From Cenarchaeum sp. (GTDB taxonomy: Archaea > Thermoproteota > Nitrososphaeria > Nitrososphaerales > Nitrosopumilaceae), in assembly GCA_965242695.1 (NCBI GenBank), contig CBDESU010000001.1, positions 928,001 to 992,000 on the forward strand: 64,000 nt of DNA. Reading direction: 5' to 3'. A program made the translations under genes and the position numbers. Positions 57,101-64,000 of this stretch are shown here, one piece after another. Below the pieces are notes generated by a model. It was not told the origin of the DNA. It made no database searches and saw only the letters and a list, made by a program, of their open reading frames with translations. Within the stretch, counting starts at the first letter, position 1. The number at the start of each line of letters is the position of its first letter.

Positions 57101-60100
57101 GCGGCGGTGCGCGCAGCGGACGAGGCGCCCGTCCCCGTAACCACGGACTCGATCGCCCGCAGCGTGGCCGGCCCGTCCCCGTCGATCGACCTGTCGGCGG
57201 TCAACGGCACGTTCCCCGCTGGCGGCAACTTTACGCTCACGGCGGAGGGGCAGGGCGGCCCAGGCGCGCCGCCGCTGGCGGTAGTCACGTTTGCGGCCGG
57301 AACGACTGCGACGGCCTCGCCTGCCGCGCAGGGCCCCAGCGCGCCGCCCAGGCTCGTCATCTCGGTCTCCGAGGCGGCCGCGGACGCGGCCGGCCGCCTC
57401 CTGCCAGACCGCTCCGCGGTCGGCGGGGGCGCGCTCGGCCCGCTCGTAGAGATCGGCGCAGGGGGCAACCGCACGGTAGAGTTCGACAGGCCCGCCCGCA
57501 TATTCCTGCCCGGGGCGGCCGGCTCTGACGCGTTTTGGATATCGCCCGGGCGCCCGGCCGAGCTGATCGCCGCCGCGTGCGCATCGCCCGTCGATACGGC
57601 CGCGGTAGAGGCCCAGCTCGGCGGCGCAGGCCAGTGCGCGGCCGACCACATGGGCGGCAAGGTGATCTACACGCACCACCTCACCGTGTTCGGCACCGTC
57701 GCCCCGCCGGAGGCGCGCGCCGCGCTCCCTGCGCCGCCCGGGTACGAAGGGCCGGCGCAGCCGGCCGGCGCATGCTCGGACGACCCGTCGCGGTGCTCGT
57801 ACGCCGCGTTCGATGCGGCGCCGGGCCTGCCGAGGCTGGCCGGCCCGTCGGCCGCCGCCGCGTCCGGCCCGTCAGCGGGGCCGGCCGGCGGCAGGACGAC
57901 GATCTACGCGGCAGGCCCCGCGTCGGATCCCGCCCTCGGCGACTCGATATACGCGATCGATGCGCCCGGCGGCGCCGCGCCGGCCGAGATGCGGCCAGAG
58001 TTGGAGGAGGGCCGGCCCAGGGCGGCCCTCCGCATACTCGACATGCTGCCCGTCGGGGCCCCTTCGTCCCCCGGAGGCGCCGCGCCGTACGTGCTCGCCT
58101 CGGCCACGTCCTCGCCGATCCCGCAGGGCAACTCCACGCACTCCCTCCCTCCCTCTCCCGTCCTGCTCGTCGTCGACGCGCAGGAGCGCGCAGTCGCCGG
58201 CCACGCCCCCCTCTCGTACGTCGACCACCTGGGCAGGGCCGAGTACCGCGCCGCGCCGGCCCTGCTCGGCGCGCACGCCGGCGGAGGGCCCGGCGGGGCA
58301 GGCGCGGGGGCCGCGTACGCGGGGATGCAGCTGGCGGGGCCGGACGGGCGCTCGCTTGCCGGCGGCCCAGTCCTGCTCGTCGATGCGTCGGCGGCGCCCG
58401 ACGTCGAGGTCGTCCCGATCTACGGGGACCCGGACGGCGGCGCAGGCGGCGAGCGAATGCCCCCGTCGCCGTCGGGGTACTACTACCCGCGCGAGGGCTG
58501 GCAGCCGACGGCGATGGCCGCGCACGGGAGCACGGTGTACATGGTCGGCGCCGCCTGGCAGCCCGGCGCCTGGACGGCCGGGCAGGGGGCGCTGCCAAAC
58601 TCGTACGGGCTGCACACGCTCTCGTTCGCCGCCAACGGAAGCGATGCGGCGGCGGCCGCAGGCGGGGGCGCCGTCCAGCCCCGCTACGCCCTCGTCTCGA
58701 GCATCGAGGCGGCGCGCCTTCCCGACCGCGCGGCGGACAACTCGTCGTACACGGCGGCCGGCATGGCCGTCGACGCGGCCCGGTCAAAGCTGTACGTGCT
58801 GTACGAGAACGGCACGCTTGCGGCGTACTCGCTTGCGGCGGGCTTGGGATCCGGCGCGCAGGGAACGCCGGTCCCGTCGTTCCTGTACCACGTCGACACG
58901 GCGGTCGGCGACCCGCGCGACCTGGCGCTCGATGGCGGCACCGGAATACTGTACGCCGCCTCGGGCGGATCCGTGCGCGTGTACGACGCGCAGCGCGACA
59001 GGCTGATCGCCGCGGTTCCCGTGCTCGGCGGCAGCGGCAGCGGAGGCATAGCATCCCTTGCGCTGGCCGCGCCCGCCCTGGGCCAGGCGGGCCCCGACGT
59101 GTATGCAGTGCCGTCCTCGCCGGACGAGCCGGTGCGCATCGTGCGCGCCTCCGTCGGGGACGCGATGCCGCAGCCGCCGCCGCTGGTCGCGTCCGTCTCC
59201 GCCGCGGCCGGCTCGTACCCCGCCGGCTCGTCCGTGGATATCGCGGTAAGGTTCTCGCGCGCAGTCGACGCCGCCGGCGCGCCCGAGCTTGCGCTCGACG
59301 TGGGGCGCCGCGGAGGGGCCGCCGCGGCCGTGTACGCGTCGGGCTCGGGCACCGCCTCGCTCGCATTCTCGTATACGGTGCAGGCGGGCGACTCGTCGGC
59401 CGACCTCTTGTACGCCGGCACCGGCGCGCTGTCCCTGCCCGCGGGCGCGTCGATATCGGGCGCATCCGACGGCGCGCCGGCATCCCTGGCCCTCCCGCCG
59501 CCCGGCCCGCTCGCCGGCGCCGGCGGAGGCGCAGTGCGCATAGAAGGGGGAGCGGCAGGCGGAGGAAGTGCAATTCCGCCCGTCGTGGTCGTCGACCCCG
59601 CTGCCGGCTCCGGCTCCGGCGCGGCGCCGTCGGGGCCGGGCTTTGTGGGAGCTGGCGGAGGCGGATCCGGCGGAGGCGGAGGCGGGGGCGGAGGCAGCGG
59701 CCGAATCGGCCTTGCGGTCGGCGCCGGCTCTTCCCTCGAGGTGTCGTCCGTATCGTGGGACTGCAACAGGGGCATGGCCTGGATAACCCTCGGCGGCCTG
59801 CCGGCCGGCGGCGCAGCCGCCGCCCTTCCAGACGTGAGTATACTCGCATCGTCGGGCACGACGGCGGCGCGCGCCGTGCCAGGCGCCGCCGGCCAGAACG
59901 CGGCATACGAGGCCGACCTGCCCGAGGACGACGTATTCCTGGTCCGCGCGACCCTTGTCGACGGGCGCGATGCCGCCTCGGTGTCAAAGACGGTCCGCAC
60001 GGGAGGGCAGTGCGCCGGCGAGGCCGTGTTCGATGCCGGCGCGGCAGGGGCCGCGGCGGCGGCCGCCGCCGGGGGCGCCGCAGGACAGGCGGCGGGCATG

Positions 60101-60919
60101 CCCGATGCCGCCCCCGGGCAAGAGGCCTTGGCGACCCCCGAGCCGCAGCCTCCGGCGCCGTCTGGCGGCGAGGGCGCGGCAGGGGACGGCAGCGGCGATC
60201 AAGCCCCCGAGCCGGCGCCGCCCGCGCGGGCGCAGGAAGATCCAGAGCCTGCCGAGGCTGAGGCCGAGTCAGAGGCCGAGGACGAGCCTCCCGCGCAGGA
60301 CCTGCAGCAGGAGCAGCCGCCGCCCGATGCCCCGGCGCAGCAGGAGCCAGGCATGGCAGGCTCCGGGGGCGCGGCCGACGGAGGCGGAGGCTGCCTTGTC
60401 GCAACGGCCGCGTACGGGACAGAGCTTGCCCCGCAGGTGCAGGCGCTGCGCGAGGTGCGCGACGGCGCCGTCATGCAGACCGGCGCCGGCGCAGCGCTCT
60501 TGTCCACGTTCCATACGGCATACTATGCGGTCTCGCCGCAGGTCGCAGACCTGGAACGCGGGCATCCCATGTTCAGGGATGCCGTCCGCGCCGCGATCGC
60601 CCCGCTGCTCTACTCGGCTCAGGTCCTGTCGCTCGCCGAGCCCGGCTCGGATGCCGGCATCCTGGCATACGGCGCGGCGGCGATCGCAATGGCGGCCGGC
60701 TGTACGTTGCTGCGCCGGCCGCTGCGTCTCGGCTTGCCCCTGCCGCCAAGAGGCGGCCGGGGGGCTGCGGCGGCGAGGGCCGCCGATAGCGCGGCATCCC
60801 TGGGCCCGCCCCCCACCGCCCGCCCACGCTGCGCGCGGCCCTCCCTCCTACCCATTCCCAGTAGCGCAGAGGGGCGCGGGCGCACTTGGCCCCCGATCGC
60901 CCAAACAGTGACATTATAA
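45188..60919 (+). CDS. Giant repetitive surface protein (~5200 aa) with CFI-box-CTERM anchor
   Basis: It has a signal peptide and roughly 28 units of DxxPP...LDL..G.L...FDE...LT..QK...DLxGN. These are followed by a propeller-like region, a Gly-rich linker, an SWDC domain and GCLVATAAYGTELAPQVQALREVRD. The true stop is probably TAG 60787-60789 (one base missing near 60700). Confidence 0.88.
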   Translation: MAGGNIGSGGGRGARRPLLGMALPLAALLAAAVAAGAAGSWQAHDAGTVAGEARPADAAGQWAHPLLPQAHATVHVSNMKVIGSHQFQIHWDLHMVDMRSKLGQPAFTPGGTRNIVGMTGHLTSNHVYTVDGAALSPSATGYVVMRHGDYYSPPGHGHGHRSWYDWRLNLADGQAPTLDRSSTPTLDLSRGTITFRADERLHASNPSPQNIRIIGAGHTLSSSSAVSITPVGGGAYGSSDVVVTLTGHDHEVLDRNMGSRTSTTMKIGGMGLYDSAGNSFNTGRWWQTMNVVRDTAPPVLARNPQLDFNTGVLTITFDEPVTYVYLPYLFLEDSRGGSRQHVSGASYPSGLDSTVVPITLSASQLERLASLHLASGGLRLDMHRGIVRDVVGNVFAGVFDRTIDVTADTTRPALEPGRSPVVDLSRHTVSLVFDERMDVSESNPAGVRLLNSSGHPVPLAGESARGYDGATVTLSLSKINKARIAEMGTPLRIAFGADAFKDVWGNAASASSGVAASVVADTSRPGVQGRPQLDMNDGILTVPYSEAVYTGRMSPSGYTLLVSDPSSPAQRTRVGLGGAHVATEGPYAAEVDMRLTEAQRAAVASAGGPSPAVSLTIGGWAYLDYPAGNRGWYVSHSGIGVGVVDDTTPPRNATAPVLDLDAGTVAIEFDEYIDASAFDPAGMAIVPSDGPPIPMGNSTLSSAADGALATLNMTGAGAAEAGAADRRGADLRLTVPGTAFSDMSGNAYAGLDNATIIEAGGAGLPGLAGGEPLVLELSNGTLEIRFDEGVIVPSDLSGIAVSGQGGPVLAGLAGAAAAEGAGNVSDTITIDLTPLQKALLAAEYAGGDGGGWLAIDIARDVFVPEVGRGFPGLSNVNLTVIPDGRPPDLAGTPSISPAARTVTLPFDEYIDLARVDAGGIVVHDGRGGAVAGLAGAAVSSPDGAAYGGELVVTMTPAQGFAVIVAALRGDVYLNVSASAVYDVSGNAYGGLDTSDSSAAQGGGAGDGRQSASAEAPPARAAATEGAPVKLAPLPPQPHAVPPLGIDLVFGSPPQLRAVPEPVRLDLGTGVLEIEFDQLVSLAATNLTGAEIRGAGTTVGLEGAGVPADGILDSTVVVRLTPAQKAGAVAAGPAALLHLPAGFAALLGPPSEVVAGARIAVAADGAPPSIDAGRTVLDLGAGRLAVSYDEHVAGPPGGLDPGAFAVALGGNGSGGRIPLAGAFAAAAANDTVVVSLAPPQKARLDRAAALDAQAMRLDAAAGAALDLSGNPSGRVSGANLSVALDAAPPALAGAPILNLGTGSVTLAFDEFVEAGSLAPQAVTVTDRDGNGAESPMPAAGAGAGAGAGAGGDGTRLALEFSPAQAAALRAANASAGPLRIAVAAGSGIADLSGNAFAGLPGGGALTTVDDSVPPAILPGTSPALDIGTGVLSIMFTEHVPASGIDLSGAAIEDANGAVRVPLSGARIVPPSGPEVQYRTVEDDTLRIFLTADQKGAVARAHIEAGPVRLDLPSESISDAAGLRFAGLSNAPLAVASDSAGPQIRDRTLPSLDMAHGLLTVPFDEYIDAAGADMSGFELSGRPPGSQGANASVPLAGAGLASELDGAELRVRVEPRQLAALTGGGLTGIPPEVYLSIAPGAVRDVSGNAFAGLDGELIEALPDEAPPALPSPPIIDLDDGVVVVSFDEYVAATALNASGVSLVGDGSAGPGPGAPAGAGGPAMVRLSGAAVSAYGPSIPLSGGGLGSQSVLIEMTADQKAEAVLARALEIDIDGPAAGLTDLSGNAYGGIERGLAYVVPDETGPDADAPGSARTPSLDMRTGTLTLPFDEHVDPSSIDPSRVVVAVAPAPAPAGASSPPDRAPPPSTVRVGLAGAAPSVSASSPPSAYLVLTADQKAAVQRALEAHGGPQAAIASVDAARGAAADLSGNAMPAARGLAASVMADAEGPALASPAGGHPPAALDLVRGTIALEFDEHAGPQDARPGRLLLSGPGGIPVSLAGASFSSISSSAILEMRLTAAQAAAARSLHNDTGGRIMLVQSGPGAFSDLAGNPSGQGLTPPAGLPVSVAPEGAAAPIRLASAAVDLAGGTVELVFDGNVSVPALDLSRIAVLGSDRTGGSTPLHGASVQPDAASASRIAIALTGAQKASIAASYAATGSAGAAVDAAPSAVRDRFYRAFEGAAAFPAVPDPDRTPPVLSGATVDLSAGTVLVELDEFVDPGSVDASAVSVAAPAPANASAQAAAPVRLDGARVLTLGGSQSVLLAMTAGQKAAVSSLLGSSGAGELHVRTAAGALADVSENRQDAPDTAEARVVHDASPPSLDALHSAPVLDLGAGTLAMSFDEHVAAASSPSSPSVSLSAASPGAHPVRLSGSQQQGGGGGGSSTSVTLLLTPAQKGALLSGGPGAAESARLFLDAGAFADLAGNPSSPSRLPRIEAVADAVAPGIDPAHPPVLDMGSGALGIAFDEYVDPAALDLSGLSVSSGAQGAVRIALTDARIEPLAGGTDAVTLLLTRAERGAVAAALGPPPHADGAVLHIAAGAFADLSGNPAAAGAIGISAVAPDRIPPHLDRSADPLLNLALSPPVLELDFDEHIDVRAANLSLAALRISGAAGGGPGAVIGLAGAEASGASSSAGDYRIRIALTAGQAGDLEAALGGPGSPARPYLDAAAGAFADLAGNRLGALGNHTVLVARDAVAPSLASSPELDLDGRLLVLSFSEPVRLSAPGDASEVRISGASGSHPFSLGGGGGAVVAAPAGASYGTSIEVRLGASQSERAKLAMLADGDLLVTVPAGAVHDRAYNHFAGLDGAHLFVEPDTRGPAVAGLGAAAPPLPPGRSAAVLDLAHGLITVQLDEHVDSARIDLAGASVSRASATVGLAGAAAEPGGAAAASPADAASSPSTALRVLLTHAQKSELSSAGGPSEEAATLSIPAGALYDLAGNPSPAAAGIPLAVVPDTIPPSVDAPSILPVLDLADGTIEIHFDEGVSPAAGAFAGMRGAGGSGSGSGSGGQAGPAYAPGIDIAVFDGSAGGDGRHRIPLGGHATLANGTDGDTVAARIAPDQKAALVEAVRASALLGFGAPATLLLGDGLVSDLSGNGLAGYGAAAGRTGGVAAAIVHDDRPPALDASRPPVLDMGSGVLSVWFDEYVRAGPAADAPAAPLALVVRPQGNASDPVRIGIPLDSLASPPGWAGSDEIAVSLTPGQKAAVAAASGRAQEPSAQPAPVSIEIAAGAVSDLWGNAFAGASQPAQVQVQVQVRADASPPVLGRPPVLNTAAGTVLIDLDEFADARAADASGISLSGGGAHARLDAANTSVEAAQAGATGLPGNYSDRIVARPAQGALAAVAMHASQPFSYATMNISAGALADLAGNPAGAIARAPVEATDDDSPPALLNATVDLADGDVILEFGEPVDAAGAVLSGMRLVGAPREGADAPAVPLAGASLLLPNGGQPDGRVEMRLSGAQKAAAAAAYSASPQSLRLEAPAGAVGDPYGNPSAAIDEAASVRPDRTPPAVLSGRLSPVLDLGAGTLALRFSEHVDAGAIDPSGISVRGTGGAAAQLAGAAVADPPESGYAGAIVLELPAALKAAAAQAAGPRTLAGTLDIAAGASVRDASSNPLGAAQGVRMLVLPDRAPPRIEAADTVVDLRAGVVTIAVDEHVRLSSVDVSRIAVGPPPPPAAAEGGAGAGADPVGLGSAPSSSLAQPAAVDASQGAFSDRIAIRMAAGQAAAIAASLAAAPAAGASGSAYLYVEPGAFADLSGNAHAGVRGLPAGATPPPVSVVSAAVTGPGAASVEYTYDRLLAGPQDYSLSVGGAGRTVASVNGSGSSAVHALAFEPADAAADATGTVSIAPLSGEGYVFGGAGPLAVSDGQGPAAVQAAALGPSSLSLRFDEPVAGVDAADLSVEAGAGAPAAVEVLSVDGTGRSRTVLLGSPALAGGAPGTVTVLGGSYEDLAGNPSPPAAEALPIEPAAAAVRAADEAPVPVTTDSIARSVAGPSPSIDLSAVNGTFPAGGNFTLTAEGQGGPGAPPLAVVTFAAGTTATASPAAQGPSAPPRLVISVSEAAADAAGRLLPDRSAVGGGALGPLVEIGAGGNRTVEFDRPARIFLPGAAGSDAFWISPGRPAELIAAACASPVDTAAVEAQLGGAGQCAADHMGGKVIYTHHLTVFGTVAPPEARAALPAPPGYEGPAQPAGACSDDPSRCSYAAFDAAPGLPRLAGPSAAAASGPSAGPAGGRTTIYAAGPASDPALGDSIYAIDAPGGAAPAEMRPELEEGRPRAALRILDMLPVGAPSSPGGAAPYVLASATSSPIPQGNSTHSLPPSPVLLVVDAQERAVAGHAPLSYVDHLGRAEYRAAPALLGAHAGGGPGGAGAGAAYAGMQLAGPDGRSLAGGPVLLVDASAAPDVEVVPIYGDPDGGAGGERMPPSPSGYYYPREGWQPTAMAAHGSTVYMVGAAWQPGAWTAGQGALPNSYGLHTLSFAANGSDAAAAAGGGAVQPRYALVSSIEAARLPDRAADNSSYTAAGMAVDAARSKLYVLYENGTLAAYSLAAGLGSGAQGTPVPSFLYHVDTAVGDPRDLALDGGTGILYAASGGSVRVYDAQRDRLIAAVPVLGGSGSGGIASLALAAPALGQAGPDVYAVPSSPDEPVRIVRASVGDAMPQPPPLVASVSAAAGSYPAGSSVDIAVRFSRAVDAAGAPELALDVGRRGGAAAAVYASGSGTASLAFSYTVQAGDSSADLLYAGTGALSLPAGASISGASDGAPASLALPPPGPLAGAGGGAVRIEGGAAGGGSAIPPVVVVDPAAGSGSGAAPSGPGFVGAGGGGSGGGGGGGGGSGRIGLAVGAGSSLEVSSVSWDCNRGMAWITLGGLPAGGAAAALPDVSILASSGTTAARAVPGAAGQNAAYEADLPEDDVFLVRATLVDGRDAASVSKTVRTGGQCAGEAVFDAGAAGAAAAAAAGGAAGQAAGMPDAAPGQEALATPEPQPPAPSGGEGAAGDGSGDQAPEPAPPARAQEDPEPAEAEAESEAEDEPPAQDLQQEQPPPDAPAQQEPGMAGSGGAADGGGGCLVATAAYGTELAPQVQALREVRDGAVMQTGAGAALLSTFHTAYYAVSPQVADLERGHPMFRDAVRAAIAPLLYSAQVLSLAEPGSDAGILAYGAAAIAMAAGCTLLRRPLRLGLPLPPRGGRGAAAARAADSAASLGPPPTARPRCARPSLLPIPSSAEGRGRTWPPIAQTVTL

Positions 60920-60920
60920 A
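60914..60920 (+). promoter_or_regulatory. TATA box for the next giant-protein gene
   Basis: TTATAAA in an otherwise GC-rich stretch, upstream of candidate starts TTG 60957 and ATG 61035. Confidence 0.55.
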
Positions 60921-61034
60921 CAGGGCGGCCGCGGCAGGCTTGAAGGGAAGGCGGCATTGACGGCGCGCATCGGATCACTATCATGGGGACGGCATGGTGT
61001 TGCGCCCGATCGGCGCGCCTCTACAGCCTCTGGC

Positions 61035-64000
61035 ATGCTGCCGCATGCGCAGGACGGCGGCCGATGCGATCGCCCCTCCCGCGGCAGGGGCAGGGGTGCG
61101 AGGTCCCTGCTGCCAGGCCTAGCCCTGGCCGGCGCGGCCGTCGCCGCAGCGGCACTCGTGGCCGCCGCGCCGGGCATCGTCCTCGTAGACGATGGCGGCG
61201 GCGACGCGCAGCGCGCATCCGCGCTGGACCGCATCCTGCCGCAGGCGTACGCGCACAATGCGCGCATCACCACCCAGGACGTGGAAGGGTTCATCACCGG
61301 GCCGCACAAGATCGAGATGTTCTTCCACCAGAGCAACATGGTGAACGCGCGCAACCTGCTCACGAATCCGTCCATATCGGACGGCCACTCGAGGCCGGTA
61401 ACCGCCTACGCCACCAACCAGGGGCCAAGCCCGCTGCATCCCCCGAGCCAGAGGTATCCCCAGAACACGTGGGACATGCACCATACGGTCACCGTCGGCG
61501 GCGCGGCCATGCCGACGGACGCCACGGGCTCGCTTACGATACGCGACGGCCTCATATGGATCTCCCACTACAACAGGGCGACCGGCACCCCCGAGCACTG
61601 GCACCGCCTCCACCCCACGCGCCACGTAGATCTGCACGACCGGCAGCCCCCGCTCATCGACACCTCGGTCAGGCCGACGCTCGACATGAGTGCGGGCACA
61701 TTCACGTTCAGAGCGACCGAGCCGCTCACGATCGGCCCCGGCGGGGCGACCCCCCAGAATGTCGGGATAGCGAGCCTCGGGTCGCTGACATCGAGCGCCA
61801 CGGTGTCCGTCAGCGGAGCCGACGTCACGATAACCATGTCGCCGGCCACGCACGAGCGCATCGACAAGGCCCTTAACAGCTGGCCATCCTCGACTACGAC
61901 GACCACGATGAAGTTTGCGACGATCAACCTCCGCGACATTGCAACAAGGCACGACGCCGAGCACGGCCACTACGGCTACGACCTCAACTCGGGCAGGTGG
62001 TGGATGCCGATCACGATCGTCCGAGACACGGCCCCTCCCGTCCTTGTGGGCAGCCCGCGGCTGGACTTCAACACGGGCGTGCTGACCCTCACGTTCGACG
62101 AGCCGATCACATACGTGTACATGCCCTACCTGTTCCTCGAGGACGGGAACGGCGCGAGCCGCCAGCACGTCACCGGCGCATCGTACCCGAGCGGCCTGGA
62201 CTCGACGGTAGTGCCGATCACCCTCTCAAAGTCCCAGCTCGAGAGGCTCTCGTCCATGTATGCCGCGTCCGGCGGCCTGCGCCTCGACATGCACCGCGGG
62301 ATCGTAAGGGATGCGGCCTCCAACATATTTCCCGGCGTCTTTGACAGGGCGATCGATGTCGCGCCCGACAGCATAAGGCCGGTGCTCGACGCGGGCAGGG
62401 CGCCGAGCGTCGACCTGTCGCGGCAGCGGATTACGGTGCACTTTGCAGAGGCCATGGACGTGTCGCGGACGGATACGTCAAAGATAATCGTGTCGAACGC
62501 GACCGGCGGCGGCAGGGTTCCGCTCTCGGACGGGACCGTGTCCGGCCGCGACGGGAGGGCCGTCACGGTGTCGTTCCCGCCGGCGACAAAGGCGGTGATA
62601 GCAGACATGGGCACCGCGCTGCGCGTCGGCGCCGAACCGAACGCGACCCGCGACATCCAGGGCAACGGCAACGATCTCATCGCACCCGTGCAGGCATCCT
62701 ACACGCGCGACACGTCGCGGCCGGGCATCGCCTGGCACAGCCCCGCCCTGGACCTCGGCACGGGGCTGCTCACGATCAGGGCGACCGACGTCATCGACAC
62801 GGATCGCATATACCCCAGAGGGTTCTCCCTGCACCTGGCAGACTCTGCCGATGCGCACCGCAGTACAGACCTGTCGCTGGCGGGGGCCGGCGTGGCGAGT
62901 ACGGGATCCTACGCGGAGACGATGGGGCTGAACCTCACCGCATCCCAGAGGGCCGCCGTCGTCTCGGCCTCGGCCGACGGCGTCCCGAGCGCAAAGGTCG
63001 GGATCAGGGGGTGGGCGTACCAGGACTATCCCGAGCACAACCATGGGTGGTACGTGTTCGGCGCAGGGAGCGCACCCGTGGCAGTCGCTGCCGACGACGA
63101 CCCGCCGCGGCTTGCGTCTGCGCCCGTCGTCGACCTGGACAACGGCAAGCTGCGGCTCGAGTTTGACGAGTACATCGACGTGTCCAGGCTCACCGATCCG
63201 GCCGTCGTCGTGTCTGCGTATGCCGGAAACTCCCTGCTGATACAGGCCGCCGGCGGCGGGCGCGGCCTGTCCATGTCCGCCGGGCAGCCCAACGGCACCC
63301 TGGTCGCACTGGACATGTCCCGTGCGCTAGAGGACTCGGCGTACGCCGTGGACACGTACGAGGACGAGGCCTGGTACGTGTACGTGCCGAGCGGCGCGTT
63401 CCACGACCTGTCGGGCAACGCGTTCGGCGGCGTCGCGAACGCGACGGCGCGCGCGGCCTTCAACCAGAGCGCGCTCGATCTTGCATCGGATCCAAGCCTG
63501 GACCTGGGATCGGGCGAGCTCGTCTTCGAGTTCAACCGCAACGTCTCGGCGCCGGCGCCGGCCTCGCTCTCCGGCATAGTCGTGTCCGCAGCGTCGAACG
63601 GAACGGCGCGCACGGACATGTCCGGCCTGCCCGTCAACCATACGGGCAGCGCGGTGTCGATCTCGCTGACGGCGGACATAAAGGCCGCGCTGGCGGTGGC
63701 CAACATGTCCGGCGCCCTGGCCGTGTCGGTCGGGCCGGATGTATTCGCCGACGACCACCACCACACCTTTGACGGGCTGGCCAATGCGACCCTTGCGGTC
63801 GAGCCCGACCGCGTGCCGCCCTCGATCGCCGAGGGCCCGTCGTTCGACCTGCGCGCCGGCCGCCTGTCGATCGTATTCGACGAGCACGTCGACATGGACA
63901 GGGCGCAGCCGCGCGGGATCACGCTGTACACCAACGCCACGTCCGTGAGCCTGGCAGGTGCGACGGTCTGGCCCCAGCCGGCCGTCGACGACGACGAGCT
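61035..64000 (+). CDS. Paralogous giant surface protein, 3'-truncated by the window edge (absent from the ORF track)
   Basis: MLPHAQDGGRCDRPSRGRGRGARSLLPGLALAGAAVAAAALV... is followed by VRDTAPPVLVGSPRLDFNTGVLTLTFDEPITYVYMPYLFLED, nearly identical to the 45188 protein. The same repeats continue to the end of the window. Confidence 0.85.
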   Translation, partial: MLPHAQDGGRCDRPSRGRGRGARSLLPGLALAGAAVAAAALVAAAPGIVLVDDGGGDAQRASALDRILPQAYAHNARITTQDVEGFITGPHKIEMFFHQSNMVNARNLLTNPSISDGHSRPVTAYATNQGPSPLHPPSQRYPQNTWDMHHTVTVGGAAMPTDATGSLTIRDGLIWISHYNRATGTPEHWHRLHPTRHVDLHDRQPPLIDTSVRPTLDMSAGTFTFRATEPLTIGPGGATPQNVGIASLGSLTSSATVSVSGADVTITMSPATHERIDKALNSWPSSTTTTTMKFATINLRDIATRHDAEHGHYGYDLNSGRWWMPITIVRDTAPPVLVGSPRLDFNTGVLTLTFDEPITYVYMPYLFLEDGNGASRQHVTGASYPSGLDSTVVPITLSKSQLERLSSMYAASGGLRLDMHRGIVRDAASNIFPGVFDRAIDVAPDSIRPVLDAGRAPSVDLSRQRITVHFAEAMDVSRTDTSKIIVSNATGGGRVPLSDGTVSGRDGRAVTVSFPPATKAVIADMGTALRVGAEPNATRDIQGNGNDLIAPVQASYTRDTSRPGIAWHSPALDLGTGLLTIRATDVIDTDRIYPRGFSLHLADSADAHRSTDLSLAGAGVASTGSYAETMGLNLTASQRAAVVSASADGVPSAKVGIRGWAYQDYPEHNHGWYVFGAGSAPVAVAADDDPPRLASAPVVDLDNGKLRLEFDEYIDVSRLTDPAVVVSAYAGNSLLIQAAGGGRGLSMSAGQPNGTLVALDMSRALEDSAYAVDTYEDEAWYVYVPSGAFHDLSGNAFGGVANATARAAFNQSALDLASDPSLDLGSGELVFEFNRNVSAPAPASLSGIVVSAASNGTARTDMSGLPVNHTGSAVSISLTADIKAALAVANMSGALAVSVGPDVFADDHHHTFDGLANATLAVEPDRVPPSIAEGPSFDLRAGRLSIVFDEHVDMDRAQPRGITLYTNATSVSLAGATVWPQPAVDDDE

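Noticed and set aside
1741-63948. Many long Arg/Pro/Ala-rich overlapping and antisense ORFs (e.g. 48292-50643, 53321-55798, 57535-60261, 57681-60404)
   Set aside because: They are shadow frames of GC-rich genes, with no recognisable motifs.
1-64000. tRNA, rRNA or integrase/att sites bounding the defence region
   Set aside because: None recognised by eye. tRNAscan-SE or Infernal would be needed to exclude them formally.

Overview
This GC-rich window looks archaeal, most consistent with a Nitrososphaerota (Thaumarchaeota) genome of the Cenarchaeum/Nitrosopumilaceae type. That assignment is inferred from CFI-box-CTERM tails, split purS-purQ-purL, and TATA boxes about 25 bp before leaderless starts. 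Housekeeping genes are tatA, tatC, purS-purQ-purL-purF, an aldo/keto reductase and an ArsR-type regulator. They are interleaved with three giant repetitive surface proteins (3394 aa, ~5200 aa and one running off the window end) and a tandem periplasmic-binding-protein gene. Defence-type content comprises a lower-GC DISARM-like drmA-drmB pair, a DUF2075 remnant, an XRE-ImmA protein, a type IIG-like RM protein and two AAA_14/DUF4143 ATPases. The most unusual observations are four. First, two small genes encode 1 and 4 copies of a 38-aa peptide cassette with a variable centre. Second, both DUF4143 ATPases sit directly downstream of spacer-less 33-34 bp tandem arrays. Third, a GPS-like HL|T motif is shared by the two complete giant surface proteins. 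Fourth, a 91-bp hairpin MITE with a TA duplication sits in the second ATPase. Several single-base frameshifts, mostly in short G runs, may be sequencing errors. All family assignments come from recalled motifs; no searches were run.
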